A stretch of 64,000 nucleotides of DNA from Felis catus (GCF_018350175.1 NC_058368.1:34350001-34414000); one strand, 5' to 3'; numbered from the stretch's first letter, positions 12,850 through 26,366 are shown. Notes: generated by a model not told the origin, from the sequence alone. Numbers and translations: made by a program.

Positions 12850-13935
12850 AGAAACCAAAAACAAAAACCTTAAAAATAAATGAATAAGTAGGGCTTCATG
12901 AAAATTAAGAGCTATTATTTTCTGTAAGGTTTTATCAAAATAATTGATAGGCTACAGACTCAGAGAAATGATTTGTAAATTGCATACTTGATAAAGGATT
13001 TTTACCCCAAATAAAGAAATCTCAAAACTCAAAAACAATAAAAGCAAAACTTAATTTGAAAATGACAAAAGATTAGAACAGACTTGTCACCATAAAAATA
13101 TGTTGACGGCAAGTTAGCACATGCAAATAGGAGAGAAGGGGACACTACCCACATTGTGGGTAGTCATTAGGAAAGCATAAAGTAAGTCAAACCTTATACT
13201 ATTTTACTTCAATTAGAATGTTAAAAACCAATAACACCAGGCATAAAATGTTGGTGAAAATGTGGAGTGACTGAAACTTTCATACACTGCTGGTAGGAAT
13301 GAATGATGGTAAATTGTTTTAGAAAACATTTTGGAAATTACTTAAAAAATCAAACATGCTTCTAGCATATGACCCAGTAATTTCTTTCCTAGTATTTACC
13401 CAAGATAAATAAATGCATATATACCAACTTACATGGATATTTGTAGTAGCTCATTAGTAATAGTTAAAAGTTGGCACAAGCTTACTGTCCATCTACAGGT
13501 GCATTCAAATTATGTTACATACATACACTGGGACACTACTCAACAAGGAAGACGAAGTAAAACACAACAATATGAACACACCTCCAAATAGCTATTGTCG
13601 AGTGGAAGAAGTCAGAACAAAAACAAACAAAAAAGGGAGCACACACAGTAGGAGTTCATTCATATAAAAGTCTGGATAATGCAAATAAATCTATAGTGAC
13701 AGAAAGGGAATGAGTGATTTCTTGGAGATACAGATGAGTGAGAGCTGGACGGGCTAGGAGTGAGGGCTTACCACAGGGCACAAAACATACGAGAATGGAT
13801 GGGTATGCTCATTATTTTGATTGTGGTGAAGGCTTCACAGGTGCATACATATGCTTTGGCATATGTAATTATATGTTAATCATGTGCAGTTTATTGTATA
13901 TCAATTATCCCTCAATAAAGCTGTTTTAAAAAAAT
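12850..13935 (+). mobile_element. Old L1 (L1M-type) ORF2 end and 3' UTR
   Basis: atacactgctggtaggaatg, atatgacccagtaatt, atctatagtgacagaaag motifs; ends ctcaataaagctgttttaaaaaaa. Confidence 0.8.
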
Positions 13936-14490
13936 GAGCTTTCAATTTTATTAATTTTCTCCATTGTTTTTCTGCTTCAATTCATTGAGTTCTGCTCTTA
14001 CCTTATTCTCTTCCTTCCATTTGCTTTGGGTGTACTTTGCTCTTTTTTTCCTAGCTTCTAAGGGTAGAAAATCATGTCATTGATTAAGACCTCTCTTTCA
14101 GGGGGGCACCTGGGTGGCTCAGTCAGTTAAGCAGCCAACTTCAGCTCAGGTCATGATCTCACAGTTTGTGGGTTCGAGCCCCATGTTGGGCTCTGTGCTG
14201 ACAGCTCAGAGCCTGGAGTGTGCTTGGGATTCTGTGTCTCCCTTTCTTTCTGCCCCTGCACGCTTGTGCTCTGTATCTCTCTCAAAATAATAAATATTTA
14301 AAAAAATTGTAAAAAAAAGACCTCTCTTTTTTATACATATTTAATTCCATAAATTTTGCCTTCAGTACTGTTTCAGCTCTATACCACAAATTTTGATATA
14401 TTGTATTTAATTTTATTTCAAGTCCAAAATATTTCTCATTTACTGTGTGACTTTTTTGGCCTTTAATTTTTACCACTATATTATTTCATT
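13936..14490 (-). mobile_element. Old L1 ORF2 fragment, interrupted by a SINE
   Basis: Reverse translation YQNLWYRAETVLKAKFMELN matches the L1 ORF2 post-endonuclease region. Confidence 0.75.
14102..14316 (+). mobile_element. Can-SINE
   Basis: Head ggggcacctgggtggctcag; TSD aagacctctcttt. Confidence 0.95.
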
Positions 14491-14999
14491 TCCAAATACG
14501 TGGAGATAGTTCAAGAATCTGTTACTGTTCTACTCAGTAGAATTTCTTTAACTGTCATGCCTACCCATACGTTAGCCATTCATTTAAAAAGCTTATTTAA
14601 TTATTATTATTTTTTTTTTTTGCTCATTTATATATTTCCCAGGGTCTCTTCCTCTTATGGCAACACTGGTAAGTCAGTGCTCACATTATATCTCTACTTG
14701 GAGATATCTATTACTCCTTATATTTGAAACTATTTGTCTTGCAGACTCAGTTCTTTTTTAGTTCCAAGAAAAGTTATGATTTTGTGTTCTACCTGGCTTT
14801 GTTTGCTTCCAGAGTAGGAGTGATACTCTTTGCTGCTTTCTACATCCTAGGCAAAACCCAATAGATAATAGATTTTAATGAATGAAAATGTAGGGTTAGA
14901 AATTGGATAAAAGGCTATGCAATTCAAAGAATTCTAATTGTCCAATTAAAAAACGAATTTTGTCTGTAACAACAAAAGAGCTGTCTGTCACTCTCCGTG

Positions 15000-15410
15000 G
15001 CAATATTAGGAGAAGCTGTGAGTGACAGAAAACCTAAAATAAATTGACTTAGAAAAAAAAGCAATTTATTTCTATGTCTAGATAGGAGTTGGTCCACAGC
15101 TGATATGGGGTACAGCATCAGGGACCTAGGACATTATTTCTTGCTGATCCTTCACAGTCAGCATGCGTCTGTGAGGTATGCCCCAACTCCAACTCTCAAT
15201 TCTACACAGCAGGAGAGAGGAAAAAGAGGAGGGAAATGCACCATCCTTCTCATTATAAAAACACTTCTTTGATTTCTCTTCAACATATCTGCTCAAATCA
15301 AATGCCATAGTCGTTTGTCCATACCTAGCTACAAAGGAGACTGGGACATACTGTCTTCACATAAAGGGTTTGTGAGCCCAGGTTAAAAAAAACATGTGGG
15401 GTTCTAGAGA
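15000..15410 (-). mobile_element. MaLR LTR (MLT1-like)
   Basis: gagtgacagaaaacc...atttatttc and ccatacctagctacaaaggagactggga motifs. Confidence 0.55.
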
Positions 15411-15482
15411 TAATTGAAACTTGGAGAGATTTGGTTTCTGTCGATCACAATTAGTTCACCTATGCATTTGAAATGGGACATT

Positions 15483-15486
<4 letters not shown>

Positions 15487-15530
<44 letters not shown>
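15487..15530. repeat. (TG)n microsatellite
   Basis: About 22 perfect units. Confidence 0.97.
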
Positions 15531-15532
<2 letters not shown>

Positions 15533-15747
15533 TTTTTTTTTTAAGATTTTAATGTTTATTTTTGAGAGAGAGAGGGAGACAGAGAACAAGCAGGGAAGGG
15601 GCAGAGAGAGAAATACAGAATCCAAAGTGGGCTCCAGGCTCCAAGCTGCCAGCACAGAGCCTGACGCAGGGCTCAAACTCACAAACCTCGAGATCATAAC
15701 CTGAGCCAAAGTCAAATGCTTAACCGACTGAGCCACCCAAGAGCCCC
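15531..15747 (-). mobile_element. Can-SINE
   Basis: Typical reverse body and head. Confidence 0.94.
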
Positions 15748-17887
15748 TCAGAATATGTATTTTAAGATAATAATCTCTGCAGAGCATGAAGACATTCTAA
15801 AACTATAAAGATCCTTACTCTTACTTATTTATGTGAATGTTTTAGCTAGTGTATATGTTTTGTGCTTTTATTTATGTATGTGCTAACACATTTTGCCATG
15901 GGTATAGAGTTAGTCTGATAATATGAGCAAATATTATTCCAATCAGGTGACTTAACTTCTCACAGACCTTTTTAAAACTGAAGCCATTACTCATATTTTT
16001 TTATGGAAAGGTGTCATTATTTCTTTAAGGAGTACTAAAAAATTTTAATAATTACAGTAGAAGTTAACTTTTATCATAGTAGGTATAAAGATACTTTTGT
16101 TGTATATACAGAAATCATACTAATGCACGTACATATAATTCTGCAGACTTTTAGTTTCCAATGTGCAATTTTTTTGTTCACTTTCTACAGTTAGAAGAGA
16201 AGAGACAGAGGTAAAAAGTAAAAATAGAAGGAGATGATCAAGAATTGACCAGTGGCATGAAAGTGTCTGAGCAAATATAAAATGTAGAACCAGTAAAAGT
16301 AAAACCAGACATTATTTCTGGCAACTAAGGGTATTCTTGTTGCCCATGTAAAGAAACTAGAGATCTATCTTATTTTATTGCTAATTCAATAAATGTTATG
16401 TTTAGACATTTCGTATATTACAAAAAAGATTTGTAAAACAAAAGTAATTTATTGTAATGTAGGTAGGTCTTTCATGAAGTCTATGCTGTTACAATGAGTT
16501 AAAACCTATTTGATTTATAAAACTAGACAGCTACAATAATAAACACTTCACAAAATTATATATAGTGAGTTGTTGTTTTATTTAGATGCTGAATTATTTT
16601 CAAAAATGCATTTATCTAGAAAATATACATATGATCATCAGAGTAGGACTGTGTCCCACAATTGAATCTTGAAAGCATTTGACAAATATGATACATGCTA
16701 GAAATATAAATGACAAGCAAGAATCAAGAGTATAAGCATGGATGATCTATTTAAACATGCAAGCATGTTTCAACATAATGAATAAACTTATACATCAAAC
16801 TAAGCCAGACACTTCTGGATTGCAAGCCTATTTAGAGAATGTTTCACTTTAGTCATTTTTTACTTTCCTTTATTGTTAAGTCAAAAGCACTACATTTGAA
16901 TTTTGAAACCAAATGAAATGAATTTGGAAGCACAGAAGAAATTAAATGATCAAAACCAAAAATGATTATACCAGTGCCTGCTACACCCAGTTATAAAGAA
17001 AACCTTTGAAAATACATGATATAGAACAACAACAAAAAATCACTTAAGTGTGTTGTACTGTGATTCCCAGTTACTTTAAAGATAGTATAAATTTCCATAC
17101 TTTTGTATTGCTAATATAATTGAGCTCTGATATCTCTGGCTTGTGTTAAGCATTGTGCATTATCTTATTTAATTTTCACAAAAGCCCATTCTACCTTATC
17201 AATTTTAACTCAATTAATTATTTTTTTCTTTATTTTTTATTTTAGCCACTCTGAAATCAGGATTCATGTTACCATTCTGCTCATAAAATGCCATAAGGTA
17301 ACTGTTGAGTTTTTTTTTTTCCTTTGTTAATGGTACATAAAATAAAGGTATGTCTTAGACTGCTCAAAATAGACGGTGCCAATTTTCCATATGAAAAAAA
17401 AATGATGATTAGAAAAGCTTAAATAAGCCTGATCAAAGTGAAATAACTAACAGGTTTTAGAACTAGGATACCAACTAAGACTCTGATATCTGTAGATATA
17501 CACATCAGAAATACCCCATAATACTCTCCCCCACATTATTTGTATGTATTTCCAACATTAGTATTCATTTAATGATTACAAGGGCTACTTTACCATTGTT
17601 TAAGCTACAGTGAAGTAATTAATTCTAATAATGGTTACTACTAAAATGAAAATAAATTAATATTTTTATTCTTTTGTTATGACGAGATGAAATAGATTAT
17701 GCTACTTCTATTCTCTGAACTTGATAGAGTACCAGCAATGACCTTTCACAAAAGATTACAAAACAAAATTATTTTTCCTGCTAGAATGTCCATCCGATAG
17801 TTTTGGATGCTTGTGTGGAAACTGTTTTTTGTTTTTGTTTTTGTTTCTATAATATAACAAAAAGCACTATGTATTGTCAGAATTTAC

Positions 17888-18010
17888 CTGTAAATAATGT
17901 ATCTGTTCAGCTATGCCTTCATTCTATGGCAAATTGTCCTAAAAGTTTACATTCAGTGAACACACTCAATTTATCTTACATAAATGTGCTTTATACCTGT
18001 CTTTTCTCTT
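17888..18010 (-). pseudogene. Exon candidate, 123 nt, GAF-like C-terminal strand and helix
   Basis: cttttacttcaattctccataaag| ... TTACAG|gtaaat. Reads ECKLLGQFAIE*, then GIAEQIHYLQ in a shifted frame. Confidence 0.5.
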
Positions 18011-18420
18011 CTTTATGGAGAATTGAAGTAAAAGTTAGGTCATTGTAAAAATACTTCACTTATTAATTTAACAAATATTCATTAAAGGTACTTATTAATT
18101 TCTATATATAGTTTTTAGCATGGAGGATATATTATTATTAAAGAAAAATTATCTCTATCCTCAAGAATAATCAAGTTAGAAAAGGAAATTAATATTAAAT
18201 ATTTTTACAAATGCACAGATTAATACAAATTCTGATATGTGCTCAGTAGAAGAGAGGACATAATGCTCTGATAAGCTATTACAGCAGAGAAAGAGGGGAG
18301 AGTCATGAAGGCTTCTGTAAGAAAGCAACATTTAAGATGAATCCCAAGGAATGAGTAGAAATTGGCAAGACGTAAGGGAAGTGTATTTCACATAAAATGA
18401 ACAGCTGTATGAAATCACCA

Positions 18421-18975
18421 TGACAAAGGGGTATCTCTCATGCACCACTGCAACTTCCATTAGATTATTTTGTTTCTTATTCCACCAACTCCTGTGTGGA
18501 TCAGAGCTTGAGTGGGTTTTGACTGACCTCATGCAGACACAACCTGATTGTGCCTCAATTCAGACTCCTGTCCTGTGTTTTCCTTTCAACCTGTAGCTTC
18601 TCTTTTGATGCCACTGGACCCTCCCTACTCAAGGCTCACTATGCACAACTTGTAAGTGCAGGGAATTTAACACTTTCTGGGTCAAACTTTCATCAGAGCT
18701 TCTTTGGATATAAGAAGCTCACGATTAAATTTCTCTCCACTTTTTCTCTCGTTATGTATTGTACTAAACCTCAGTTTAAATACCTTCTTGAAGGTTTTCT
18801 TGTGAGATCAATAATTCAGTTACATTTACTACAGACTAGCTAATAACAAAACTTTATAACTTCTCCCTCCTTATCTCCTTCACTCTCTTTGTCCTGCTCC
18901 TGAGGCCTGGACTTCCTAAGAAAACAAAACCACAAAGTCCTCTGACTTAGTTTCTGGAGAAGCCAAATTGTAACA
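18421..18975 (+). mobile_element. Old ERVL LTR (LTR16-like)
   Basis: TG start; ends tttctggagaagccaaattgtaaca. Confidence 0.45.
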
Positions 18976-19617
18976 GGGATGTTCCAGGAAAGTCTATGGT
19001 GTTAAGGCCTGGCCAGATGAAAAAAAAAAAAAAAATTCCATTCTAACTAGTTTCAGCAGAAAGGGATTTATTACATTTAATTAACTGGCTTACATCAGGT
19101 CTTCATAGGGATCACAAATTTTTGTATCATATGGACTACTCAGACTTCTTATGCCCAAGCAAGCCTGTCCTACAGACTCTGATCTGCTTTCCTCAGGCCC
19201 AAACCAGTTGCCCAATGAATGAGAGTAGTCAATATTAAGGCATCCACAACCCATTTGTAGCACACTAGCATGCCATAGCTCATCACCTCGGAAGCTCTAC
19301 CTAACAGATGCATTGGAAGGGCTGAGAAAACAAATGTTAAGATGAACATTCAAGATGACCCCCAGACTCCTTCATGGAATGGTCCACCATGGGAGCTGCT
19401 ATTTCTACCATGATCAGAAACTGCTGCTGGTTGTAGGCCAATGTCAACAATGGAAGTTAAAGGAACCACTTTGCTCAGTCAGGAAATTGCTGCTACAGTA
19501 ACCAGTTACAGAACCACTTAACTATGACAATTTGTAGGAGAATAAAATGTGACTTTCAGTCTTTCTCTTCCCTAGGAACAAGTTTTAATATATACATTTA
19601 AATGTTATAACTTTATG

Positions 19618-19670
19618 CACACACACACACACGCACACACACACATACATACACACACACACACACACAC
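19618..19670. repeat. Imperfect (CA)n
   Basis: Direct reading. Confidence 0.95.
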
Positions 19671-20147
19671 ATGTATTATCTCCAGTACATATGTACTAGA
19701 AGATCCAAAATATACTGAACATAGTATCTAACATAGTCCACCCTCATATTTAGCCAACATTTATATAAAAGCCTCATTCAAAGAAAGTTATAAGCCACTC
19801 TGTCTAGGCACATACTCCAGTGAATGCCACAGTATCTTTTGGGGAAGGGCAGGAGGTAGATAGAAGACTATGGTTCTTGTGGTGTCTGCATGGTCCTTCC
19901 CCAAAAGTTTATGGCCTCTCCTTCCTTCAAGGAGCTCTGAGCTTGTGAATAGACTCAACCTTGGGATTTGGGGAAAGGTTATGAATTATCATTTGACTCC
20001 ATTTGGCATAAACTGTTTCCTTCATTTCTTCCTTTTTTATCTACAGATCTGAGAAGACTTTACATTTTCCAATGCCAGTCTTACATACTCTTAAGAGAAA
20101 TTGGACCATGCAGAGTATTCCTCCTTATTAAAATTTATTAAACAATA

Positions 20148-20358
20148 GTGCTCCCAGGTGACCCAGTATGTTAAGCACTGGACTCTTGTTTTTGGCTCAG
20201 GTCACGATCTCAGGGTTTCATGAGTTTGAGCCCTACATTGGGCTCTGTGCTGACAGTGCAGAGCCTCCTTGGGATTCTCTGTCTCTCTCATTCTCTGTCC
20301 CTCCCCCACTCACACTATCTCTGTTTTCTCAAAATAAATAAATAAACTCAAAAAAAAA
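20148..20358 (+). mobile_element. Can-SINE (diverged)
   Basis: Body, (CT)n and aataaa tail; TSD ttattaaac. Confidence 0.9.
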
Positions 20359-20688
20359 CCTTATTAAACCATAAAATGATCCAGAGAAATGGCCCTGCCT
20401 AACATCTCTCTCATTAGAAAACCAATCATTCTCATTAAAACTATTCTTTCAAATAACAGCATCTTCCTTGCCTATAAAAACCAACAATAACACCTCTTTT
20501 CAGAGATAAGGGTGCTTTCTCATCAAATATTTTACAATGTCTGGGTGAATGCAATTACTCTAAATCTTTTGAAGGACCTATTTATGGGTTGAATGAGGAA
20601 GCTGTACATTGTAAATATATTTTATATTCTAGTCTATGAAAAATTTTAGAGGAATTTTTCTGTATTTACAAGGAATTTTGAATGTCTT

Positions 20689-20892
20689 AAAAAAACTTAA
20701 CGTTTATTCATTTTTGAGAGACAGAGAGTGCAAAAAGGCGTGGGGCAGAAGGAGGGAGACACAGAATCTAAAGCAGGCTCCAGGCTCTGGGTTGTCAGCC
20801 TAGAGCCTGACATGGGGCTCAAACTCACGAACTGTGAGATCATGACCTGAGCCAAAGTCAGAGCTTAATTGACTGAGCCACCCAGGTGCCCC
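20689..20892 (-). mobile_element. Can-SINE
   Basis: TSD aggaattt..aatgtctt. Confidence 0.93.
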
Positions 20893-21060
20893 AGGAATTT
20901 CTAATGTCTTAAAGTCATTTAGCAAAGTAATTATTTGGTCTTCGCTTCAGTTAACTAAACTTAGCAAACAATTAAATCCACTGAAGATAGAGTCTTTGTC
21001 AAGAGTACCAATATCTGTGGCTCAATCTGAATTATATTTCTTCCTCCTTGGTTTAGCAAC

Positions 21061-21186
21061 CTCAGAATATATTTTAGTGCCTTGAAAACCATTTTTTCTC
21101 ATATCTTTTATATGAGTTTTTCTCTTTGGGGGTGGTGGAATGTTTTTCCAAGTAGAAGCAGTAAAGCCATTTCGTGTTTCTCCATT
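21061..21186 (-). pseudogene. Exon candidate, no intact acceptor AG, start of the GAF-like region
   Basis: tcttccactccctctaa followed by 42 open codons: NGETRNGFTASTWKNIPPPPKRKTHIKDMRKNGFQGTKIYSE. Confidence 0.4.
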
Positions 21187-21828
21187 TTAGAGGGAGTGGA
21201 AGACCTCATGAACTGATTTTTTAACTTCTAAAGGATCAACCTACATGGTTCATAAAGAGTGGGTTGATGTACTATAGGAATGAAAGCAGAAAGATCAGTT
21301 TGGAGCCTATTCTAGAAGAAAAGGAAGTATCAAATGCTGCGTTGGACTAGACTGGTGGCTGAGTAAATGGGAGACAGATATGATATATATTTAACAGGTA
21401 GGTCACGTTGATAGTCATGCAAAGTAGTTTTCATCTATTAAATTTTCTCACACTATAGAAAGTAGTATAAATAGCATATTGAAAAATTATAGGCCAATCT
21501 TTGTATGCTGTAACTAGTAATGATAATGTATTAAATATTAATGGATTAAAGGTTTTTTACATTAGTAAGATTTAGCATAATTAAACTTGAAAACTTTAGC
21601 ATTTACTATAATGGAAGATGCACTCTGTTTTCAAGAACATTAAATGGAAAAGATAGAAATAATGGATTTCTATAAAATTCTCTTAAGTCTGTTAAATTGA
21701 TTTACTAAAATTAGAGACATATTTAAATGAGTTATAAGTCACATCGTTACTCTCAGAAAATAATGTATATATTTGTAATTTATTGGGATCTCAGTTTTGT
21801 AAATTTAATCATCAGAATTTTTATTCAC

Positions 21829-21930
21829 TTTAGCATGAAACAACTTGGAGTTAGACCAAGATGACTGTGATAGCAATTTATTTGATCGAAAGTCTTCCAA
21901 GCCACACCATCAAGCAATAGATGAGAATAT
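21829..21930 (-). pseudogene. Exon candidate, 102 nt, fully open
   Basis: tataaaatttttcag|ATATTCTC...GCTAAA|gtgaat. Phase 2-2 reads YSHLLLDGVAWKTFDQINCYHSHLGLTPSCFML. Confidence 0.6.
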
Positions 21931-22124
21931 CTGAAAAATTTTATAATACAACTTTATATAAATTATATAAAATATTTTAATTCAAGAAAGTAAAATTCTA
22001 CATAACTGGGAAAATCCTATATTTTGAAGAAACTTAATAGGTAGGTAGATAGATGTATTTGTAGATAAAAGAATGCATGGTTTCTAATAAACTATCCAGT
22101 TGCCTTTTGATATTATTGGTTTAA

Positions 22125-22401
22125 ACTTAATCATTGATTTTTCTTTAACCACACCTGAATACCCATTCTCTCAAACGCCCTCATGATAATTTTTGTCAGA
22201 ACTTTTCTTAGGCTGATCAATAACCATTCTATCATTCCTTCTAATTTTTGCTACAATTGCTTATAAAAAGTTCTTTGTCCTTCTTTAGACAGTTTCTTAA
22301 GCAAATATTGTTTCTGCCTTATAGCTATTTCTGCTCCTATGTTTGATCTAGCACAAAAGAAGATATACTCACACTGCTTGAAGCATCCCCTTAAGTTCTT
22401 G
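22125..22401 (-). pseudogene. Exon candidate (one exon with a frameshift, or two exons)
   Basis: ttttctttaaaataaag| then QELKGMLQAV, followed in a shifted frame by SNIGAEIAIRQKQYLLKKLSKEGQRTFYKQL*QKLEGMIEWLLISLRKVLTKIIMRAFERMGIQVWLKKNQ*. Confidence 0.55.
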
Positions 22402-23002
22402 CTTTATTTTAAAGAAAACGATGTAACATAAGGTTATTTTTTATGTTTTTTTCCTGTAATTATTTGTACTCACTAAAATGTTAGTGAATATATTTTAAGT
22501 TGATATATAATGTTTAAAAATAATTATTTTTTAATTCCATTCTTTAGCCCATTTTTCTTCCTTATTTTATTATTAACTGACAGTTCCATATTTATTTGAG
22601 AAGTAAATTTCTATTGACTGGGAAGGAGATGGGATATAAAATAAAAATTTAAGATACATATGATCCAGAATATGAATATTAAGCACTATTTCCAATGTGA
22701 TGCACTCAATTATAAATGGCTTAAACGTGGCACACAGAATTTACAGCCTCTTTTCACTTTCACTTCCACTAATGTCTTAAGATATTAAGAAGTCAATTAC
22801 TTGAATAACCCTTGATTATTTGAAATGATAAATTGAAAGTTTAATATATATTTTTAAATGTGCATGTTCTCCTTTATAATGATAACTTATAATAATTATT
22901 TCTGAACATTAAAGATATTAAATATTCTCCCTTTTAAATTGAATTAATATGAATTGGATTTAGATTCTGCAGGAAAAAAATGTCCAAAAAGAATCAACAT
23001 AC

Positions 23003-23196
23003 ATAAAATTTAAATGTCCTTAACAGCATACAATCTATCAGGTCCTTCATTTGGATCTCAGCAGTTAACTTGGCTCATCCCAATTTGTTCTGCATGAATA
23101 TGTACATCTCAATCCATGCAATAAGAACAACCAAATGTATTGCAATACACGACAGGCCCACTCAACCAAAATTATGTCCTTCATCCTCCACAACTT
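23003..23196 (-). pseudogene. Exon candidate, 194 nt, two TGA stops
   Basis: ttgttatttag|AAGTTG...TTTTAT|gtatgt. Phase 1-0 reads VVEDEGHNFG*...NKLG*AKLTAEIQMKDLIDCMLLRTFKFY. Confidence 0.45.
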
Positions 23197-23311
23197 CTAA
23201 ATAACAACTTCTAAATAACCCATTAAGCACTGATGACAGTGAGAATATGTGTCTATGATCTGAATTTATAATCTGACTTCATTTAATGTGTAAATATCTA
23301 TGTTTGTACAA

Positions 23312-23526
23312 TTAAAAACATTTTTTAATGTTTATTTAATTTTGAGAGAGACAAAGAGAGAGTGAGTGGCACAGGGGCAGAGAGAGAGGGAGACACAGAA
23401 TCCGAAGCAGGCTCCAGGCTCTGACCTGTCAGCCCAGAGCCTGATGTGGGGCTTGAACTCACGAGCCATGAGATCATGACCTGAGTCAAAGTGGACACTT
23501 AACCAACTGAGCCACCCAGGTGTCCC
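23312..23526 (-). mobile_element. Can-SINE
   Basis: Typical reverse body and head. Confidence 0.93.
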
Positions 23527-23924
23527 TAGGTTTATATACTTCTAATGCTTACTGACATTTACCAGAGGTAACTACTGTATACATTTGAGGAAACACTGTT
23601 TAATTGGAAACTTTACCAAATGTTCTTTGTGGAGACATGTTCCAATCATAAGTTTAACCTGAAATTTGTTCTTGTTCCATCTTTCCCCATTTCATTGTCA
23701 ACTACATTCAGTGGGAAGAAAACAAAATTGTAACAATATTACACCATACATGAATGAAAGAAAGACATAGAGATTTGATCATATTTTTAGAAGACAGATA
23801 ACAGATTGCTATTTGTGGATGAAGCAGAGTGGTAAGAGCTGCAGGCCTCTGACTAGAAGAATCATGCTTCCAACCCTGTCACAAATGATGATAAAGACAG
23901 GAGTGCAACTCTAACAAGGAATGT

Positions 23925-24178
23925 TGTTTTTGTTTGTTTTAATATTTTGTTTTATTTTTTAAGATTTTTTTAATGTTTATTTTTGAGAGAGACAGAGAGA
24001 GAGAAAAACAGTAAGCGGGGGAGGGGCAGAGAGAAAGGGAGACACAGAGTCCAAAGCAGGCTCCACAGGCTCTGATCTGTCAGCACAGAGTCCGACAAAG
24101 GGCTCAAACCCATGAACCGTGAGATCATGACCTGAGCCGAAGTGGGACGCTCAATCGACTGAGCCACCCAGGTTTCCC
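23925..24178 (-). mobile_element. Can-SINE
   Basis: Typical reverse body and head. Confidence 0.93.
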
Positions 24179-24289
24179 AAATGAGGAATATTTGAAGATA
24201 GGCATACTTGACTAAGAAAATGTGAGCACGACAAAGCCAAACAAACAAATAAAAAATAAGCCCCAGTATGAACAGAATACACGGATAGG

Positions 24290-25200
24290 CAATAAATTAT
24301 ATAAAAAAAAATGTTTGCAATGCTGCAGATAGAGATACTATCTCTAATTTATAATAGTACTTGATAAATGACAAGAGTGTTCAATATTAGAAAATCTACA
24401 AAATATCTGAAGAGGCAATTCATAGAAGAACAAATCCTAATGAAAAGATGCTTAAACTCATTAGTTTTCAGGGTAATGCAAAGTAACCATGAGCTACCAC
24501 ATAGGAATCAGACTAGCAAAAACGAAAACTCTTTTAACATTTTTTTGGTGAAAGAGTATGAATGTACAAATGTGTTATCATATGTTGTTCACGGAAATGT
24601 AAATTTCTATGGCTTTTAACAAATCCTTTGGGAAATATAGATATAGATATATCTAGTCTAACCTATAAACTTCTTTTTTGGTAACCTATCCCACAGATAC
24701 AATGGCACCAGTCTATAAGGACACGGGAGCAATTATGTTACGGTGACATTGTTTGTAGTTATAGACATTCCTGAAATGAAGTAGATTTCTATTGACAAGA
24801 GAATAATTGTATAACTAAAATAACATGGTAAAATCACATATTAGAATACCATGCATCAGTCAAAATAGTGACTTAGAAATATACCAAGTGATTTTATTTT
24901 ATTTTTTTTTTATTAACGTTTATTTATTTTTGGGACAGAGAGAGACAGAGCATGAACGGGGGAGGGGCAGAGAGAGAGGGAGACACAGAATCGGAAACAG
25001 GCTCCAGGCTCTGAGCCATCAGCCCAGAGCCTGACGCGGGGCTCGAACTCACGGACCGCGAGATCGCGACCTGGCTGAAGTCGGGCGTTTAACCGACTGC
25101 GCCACCCAGGCGCCCCTATACCAAGTGATTTTAAATAATGGCACAAGTTTTAACTGAATAAAAAATGAAGACAAATGTGCTGACTATAATCCCATTTTTA
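24290..25200 (+). mobile_element. Very old L1 3' fragment
   Basis: gaagaggcaattcatagaagaa and atgaaaagatgcttaaactcattag motifs. Confidence 0.55.
24897..25116 (-). mobile_element. Young feline Can-SINE
   Basis: Near consensus; perfect TSD tataccaagtgatttta. Confidence 0.97.
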
Positions 25201-26366
25201 TATAATTATAATAAATCTTTAGTGTACTGTATGTGTTATAATAATGATATTATATCTATGTTGTACAATGTATAATTACACTGGTATAGAGAACAAACAG
25301 AATAAAATATCCCTACACAGATTGTGGTTTTGTGTATGTGTTGAGTATGGGTGTGAATGATCTGTGGACAGGATAAAAAAAAAGTGAGAAAAAAGCCATG
25401 GAAAATTAAAATGGTAAAAATCATAAAAAATAACAATATGTATGATATGAGGACGTGCATGCATTTACTCAAGTAAATAATTGTGTAAGTAAGATGTTTT
25501 AAGAGGAAATGGGAGAGAATGAGCACTCCAAGCTGAGGAGTTGAAGAAAGTGAACTAAACACAACTACCTTCTGATAATCCATTAAATATCATTCATAAT
25601 GTCACAACTACAAGAAGAAAGACGTAAACAGACTAGAGTTGTGATCACATCTCCAGAAGACAGGTAATAGGTTGCTATTTGTGTATGAAGCAGAGTTGTG
25701 GAAGCCACGAGCCCCTGAAGCAATGAATTAGGCTTCCAACCTGCCACATGAGGGCGAGAAGGCCTGAATGCAACTCTTCCAGGCATGTTTAAAGGAACCG
25801 AAGGTGCTTAGGAAAATGGTTTCTTGGGAAACCACAATGAGTCTTTGTCTATTTGAACTCCTGCTCTATGGATTAATTATTTGACTTTTAACTTCCACAT
25901 ACTGATTCAACAAAAATAGCATGTTAATTAAAGAGAATAAGCCTAATCCAAAAATTGTGTGTCAGAGCCAATGATTCTACAGAAGCATATAATTAAGTGA
26001 GCATTTGTCCTTGGAATTTAGATGCATTTGATTTCCCATCATATTGCCTTCTGTATCCTATAACTATTATAATTCACACCTTTTTCTTCACTTAGTCAAA
26101 CTTAAATATGAAATCAACTGCCTGTATATTCTTAAAATATTCACATAATATTTTGAAGATGCTAAATAAAACTTTTTATTGTAAAGATACTTGAAAAATA
26201 ACTATTATATCAACATATCCAAGATTGTATATATATAAATTACGATAAATATTTTAAAATCATGAATGGTCAGTCTTGTATAACTGAGGCACCAAAAGTT
26301 AATGAAGGGGTCAATAGATGCCACTGCCACCAAGAAGAACACGAAAATTAAGATAGTTCTTCCACA

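Noticed and set aside
16191..16330. Strong plus-strand acceptor followed by LEEKRQR*KVKIEGDDQE
   Set aside because: Multiple stops, weak donor and no partner exons.
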